A stretch of DNA of 63,702 nucleotides, filler included, from Parasitella parasitica NRRL 2501 (Eukaryota; Fungi; Mucoromycota), in NCBI GenBank assembly GCA_025201805.1. It is 8 parts of 8 records of this genome, joined end to end, with 100 filler letters (N's around TTAATTAATTAA, not from the genome) between each part and the next. Parts side by side here need not be neighbours in the genome. Positions count along the whole stretch, not along the records: positions 62,449 to 63,702 come from MU619657.1; 7 more parts are not named here. One strand, 5' to 3'. Within the stretch, counting starts at the first letter, position 1; every line of letters begins with the position of its first letter. Below, in pieces: positions 62,349 to 63,702 of this stretch. A model generated the notes under the pieces. That model did no database searches. It was not told the origin of the DNA and worked only from the letters and a program-made list of their open reading frames with translations. A program made the position numbers and the translations under genes.

Positions 62349-62448
62349 NNNNNNNNNNNNNNNNNNNNNNNNNNNNNNNNNNNNNNNNNNNNTTAATTAA
62401 TTAANNNNNNNNNNNNNNNNNNNNNNNNNNNNNNNNNNNNNNNNNNNN

Positions 62449-63702
62449 TCCATGCCCAGTTCCAAAACCAAGACATCATAAGTTTGAATACCATCATTTG
62501 CTGGGATTTATCAAACTTGGAGAAGTCATTCTCGAGGAAAACTCGGCGGGACGTAGCTTTGTCGTATACATTTAAGTGATCCTGTATATCGGACATAGAT
62601 TTGGATGTGTTGAACATAACATTCGGTCAAACAAGGCGCAATAAACAGGTGAGAAAACCATATTGTTCTCTTTGCTATGGTAAACAACCGTTTAAGAAGC
62701 GGTGTACTGCTTGGCAGCAGCGAGTTCCATCTTGGGTTTAGCTTCGGCCTTCACGAATGCATCATACACATCGAGGACAGTTTCTGCATCGGTAAACTTC
62801 GAATTTTCGATGCGACGGATCTGTGCTTCAGAGAGTCGGTTTATACGTTCAACTATGTCTTCTTCGTTAATGGTGACGGGATGTTTGCGGAACTCGGCAG
62901 TCATCTCTTGAGCCTCCGGTATACAGAAGTTCTTGTAAGCACGACCTAGGGTTTGACGCCACACAACGGCGAAATCTTGTGCCGTCTCTAGAGGGGGAAC
63001 GTTGCACTGTCTTTTCTGAAACGCGATAAGGATCTCCCGGGTTGTCTGTTGACGTTTAAGTCCACATGCGGTGACTGTAGGCGCAGCAGTCGGGGTGTGA
63101 GGTAAACCAAGGAATCGCGGTTTCAAGGTCGAACGTGCAGTACTGGCATATGGTTCGACTACCGGGGGATGAAATGCGCGGGTAGTGTTGCACTGGACGG
63201 GCATATAAGACACTGGGTCGTCAATAGCGTCTTTTAGAAGATGCTCGGTAGAGATCGCGTCGCAACCCTCATTGTGTAGTGTATGATCGATAGAGGAACC
63301 TGCACTTTTAGGTGAGTCTCGAATAATACACCCATCACAACGCGTAGTTTCGTAGCAAATGTAACCGTAACGTCTCTCGAGGACCACCGGGGGTGAGGCG
63401 TTCGTAGGTTTCACGTCAACAGGTCGGACGGTCTGCGGCTGCTTGGAATCTCTTCTGGGCGGTTTGAAGACGATTCCTTTGGGTCGATTCACTACCGTAG
63501 TGTCAGAAACAGGTGTTACATCTGCAACAGCGGTGGGACCGACAGTTGGGGGTGTGACACCGTGGGTTATTTCGACGTCAACGTTTTCGGGCGAGACTCT
63601 CATCGGTTCAGCAGATTCAGGTTGGGCAGGAGTCGTCGGTAGCGACTGGGAAGAATCTTGAGAGGAGACGGAACCTTCGCGAGAATGGTAAGAGGGGGGG
63701 GG
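62449..63702 (-). pseudogene. Endogenous viral element: RdRp of a virga/tobamo-like (Martellivirales) (+)RNA virus
   Basis: RQQTTREILIAFQKRQCNVPPL, VKAEAKPKM...YTAS*TVVYHSKENNMVFSP and motif A FLENDFSKFDKSQ. One premature stop and frameshifts. Confidence 0.9.

Noticed and set aside
14419-62448. Recurring TTAATTAATTAA palindrome
   Set aside because: Assembly spacer embedded in N runs. The ORF-track peptides ending in XXXLIN are artefacts.
62692-62694. TAA as a programmed viral read-through codon
   Set aside because: It lies inside the RdRp core at a conserved Gln position and is accompanied by frameshifts, so it is better explained as decay.
59178-63702. Gypsy retrotransposon apparently adjacent to the viral RdRp, suggesting RT-mediated capture
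   Set aside because: They are separated by an artificial linker (62349-62448), so physical adjacency is not established.

Overview
AT-rich, intron-rich fungal DNA. The gene set, short GT-AG introns and transposon families point to Mucorales (Mucor/Parasitella-like; inference). The window is a concatenation of eight contigs joined by artificial 100-bp N/TTAATTAATTAA/N linkers, so adjacency across linkers is meaningless. It holds about 18 housekeeping genes, including SWD2, UBC4, GYP7, RMT2, uL15, TAF5, an SNF2 helicase, EMG1, SIN3, DHR2, SFH1, NDUFB2, eL32, a cyclophilin and Elongin A. Between them lies a dense set of decayed mobile elements: a DIRS-1 element with ITR/ICR termini, Tc1/IS630 transposases, nested solo LTRs with target-site duplications (TSDs), a Ty3/gypsy 5' half and a Helitron 3' end. 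Three items stand out. (1) A decayed endogenous copy of a virga/tobamo-like (+)RNA virus RdRp. (2) A Fanzor (eukaryotic TnpB) C-terminus followed at once by a strongly structured candidate omegaRNA. (3) Two diverged copies of an unclassified DDE-like transposase with a DEDDy 3'-5' exonuclease inserted inside it.
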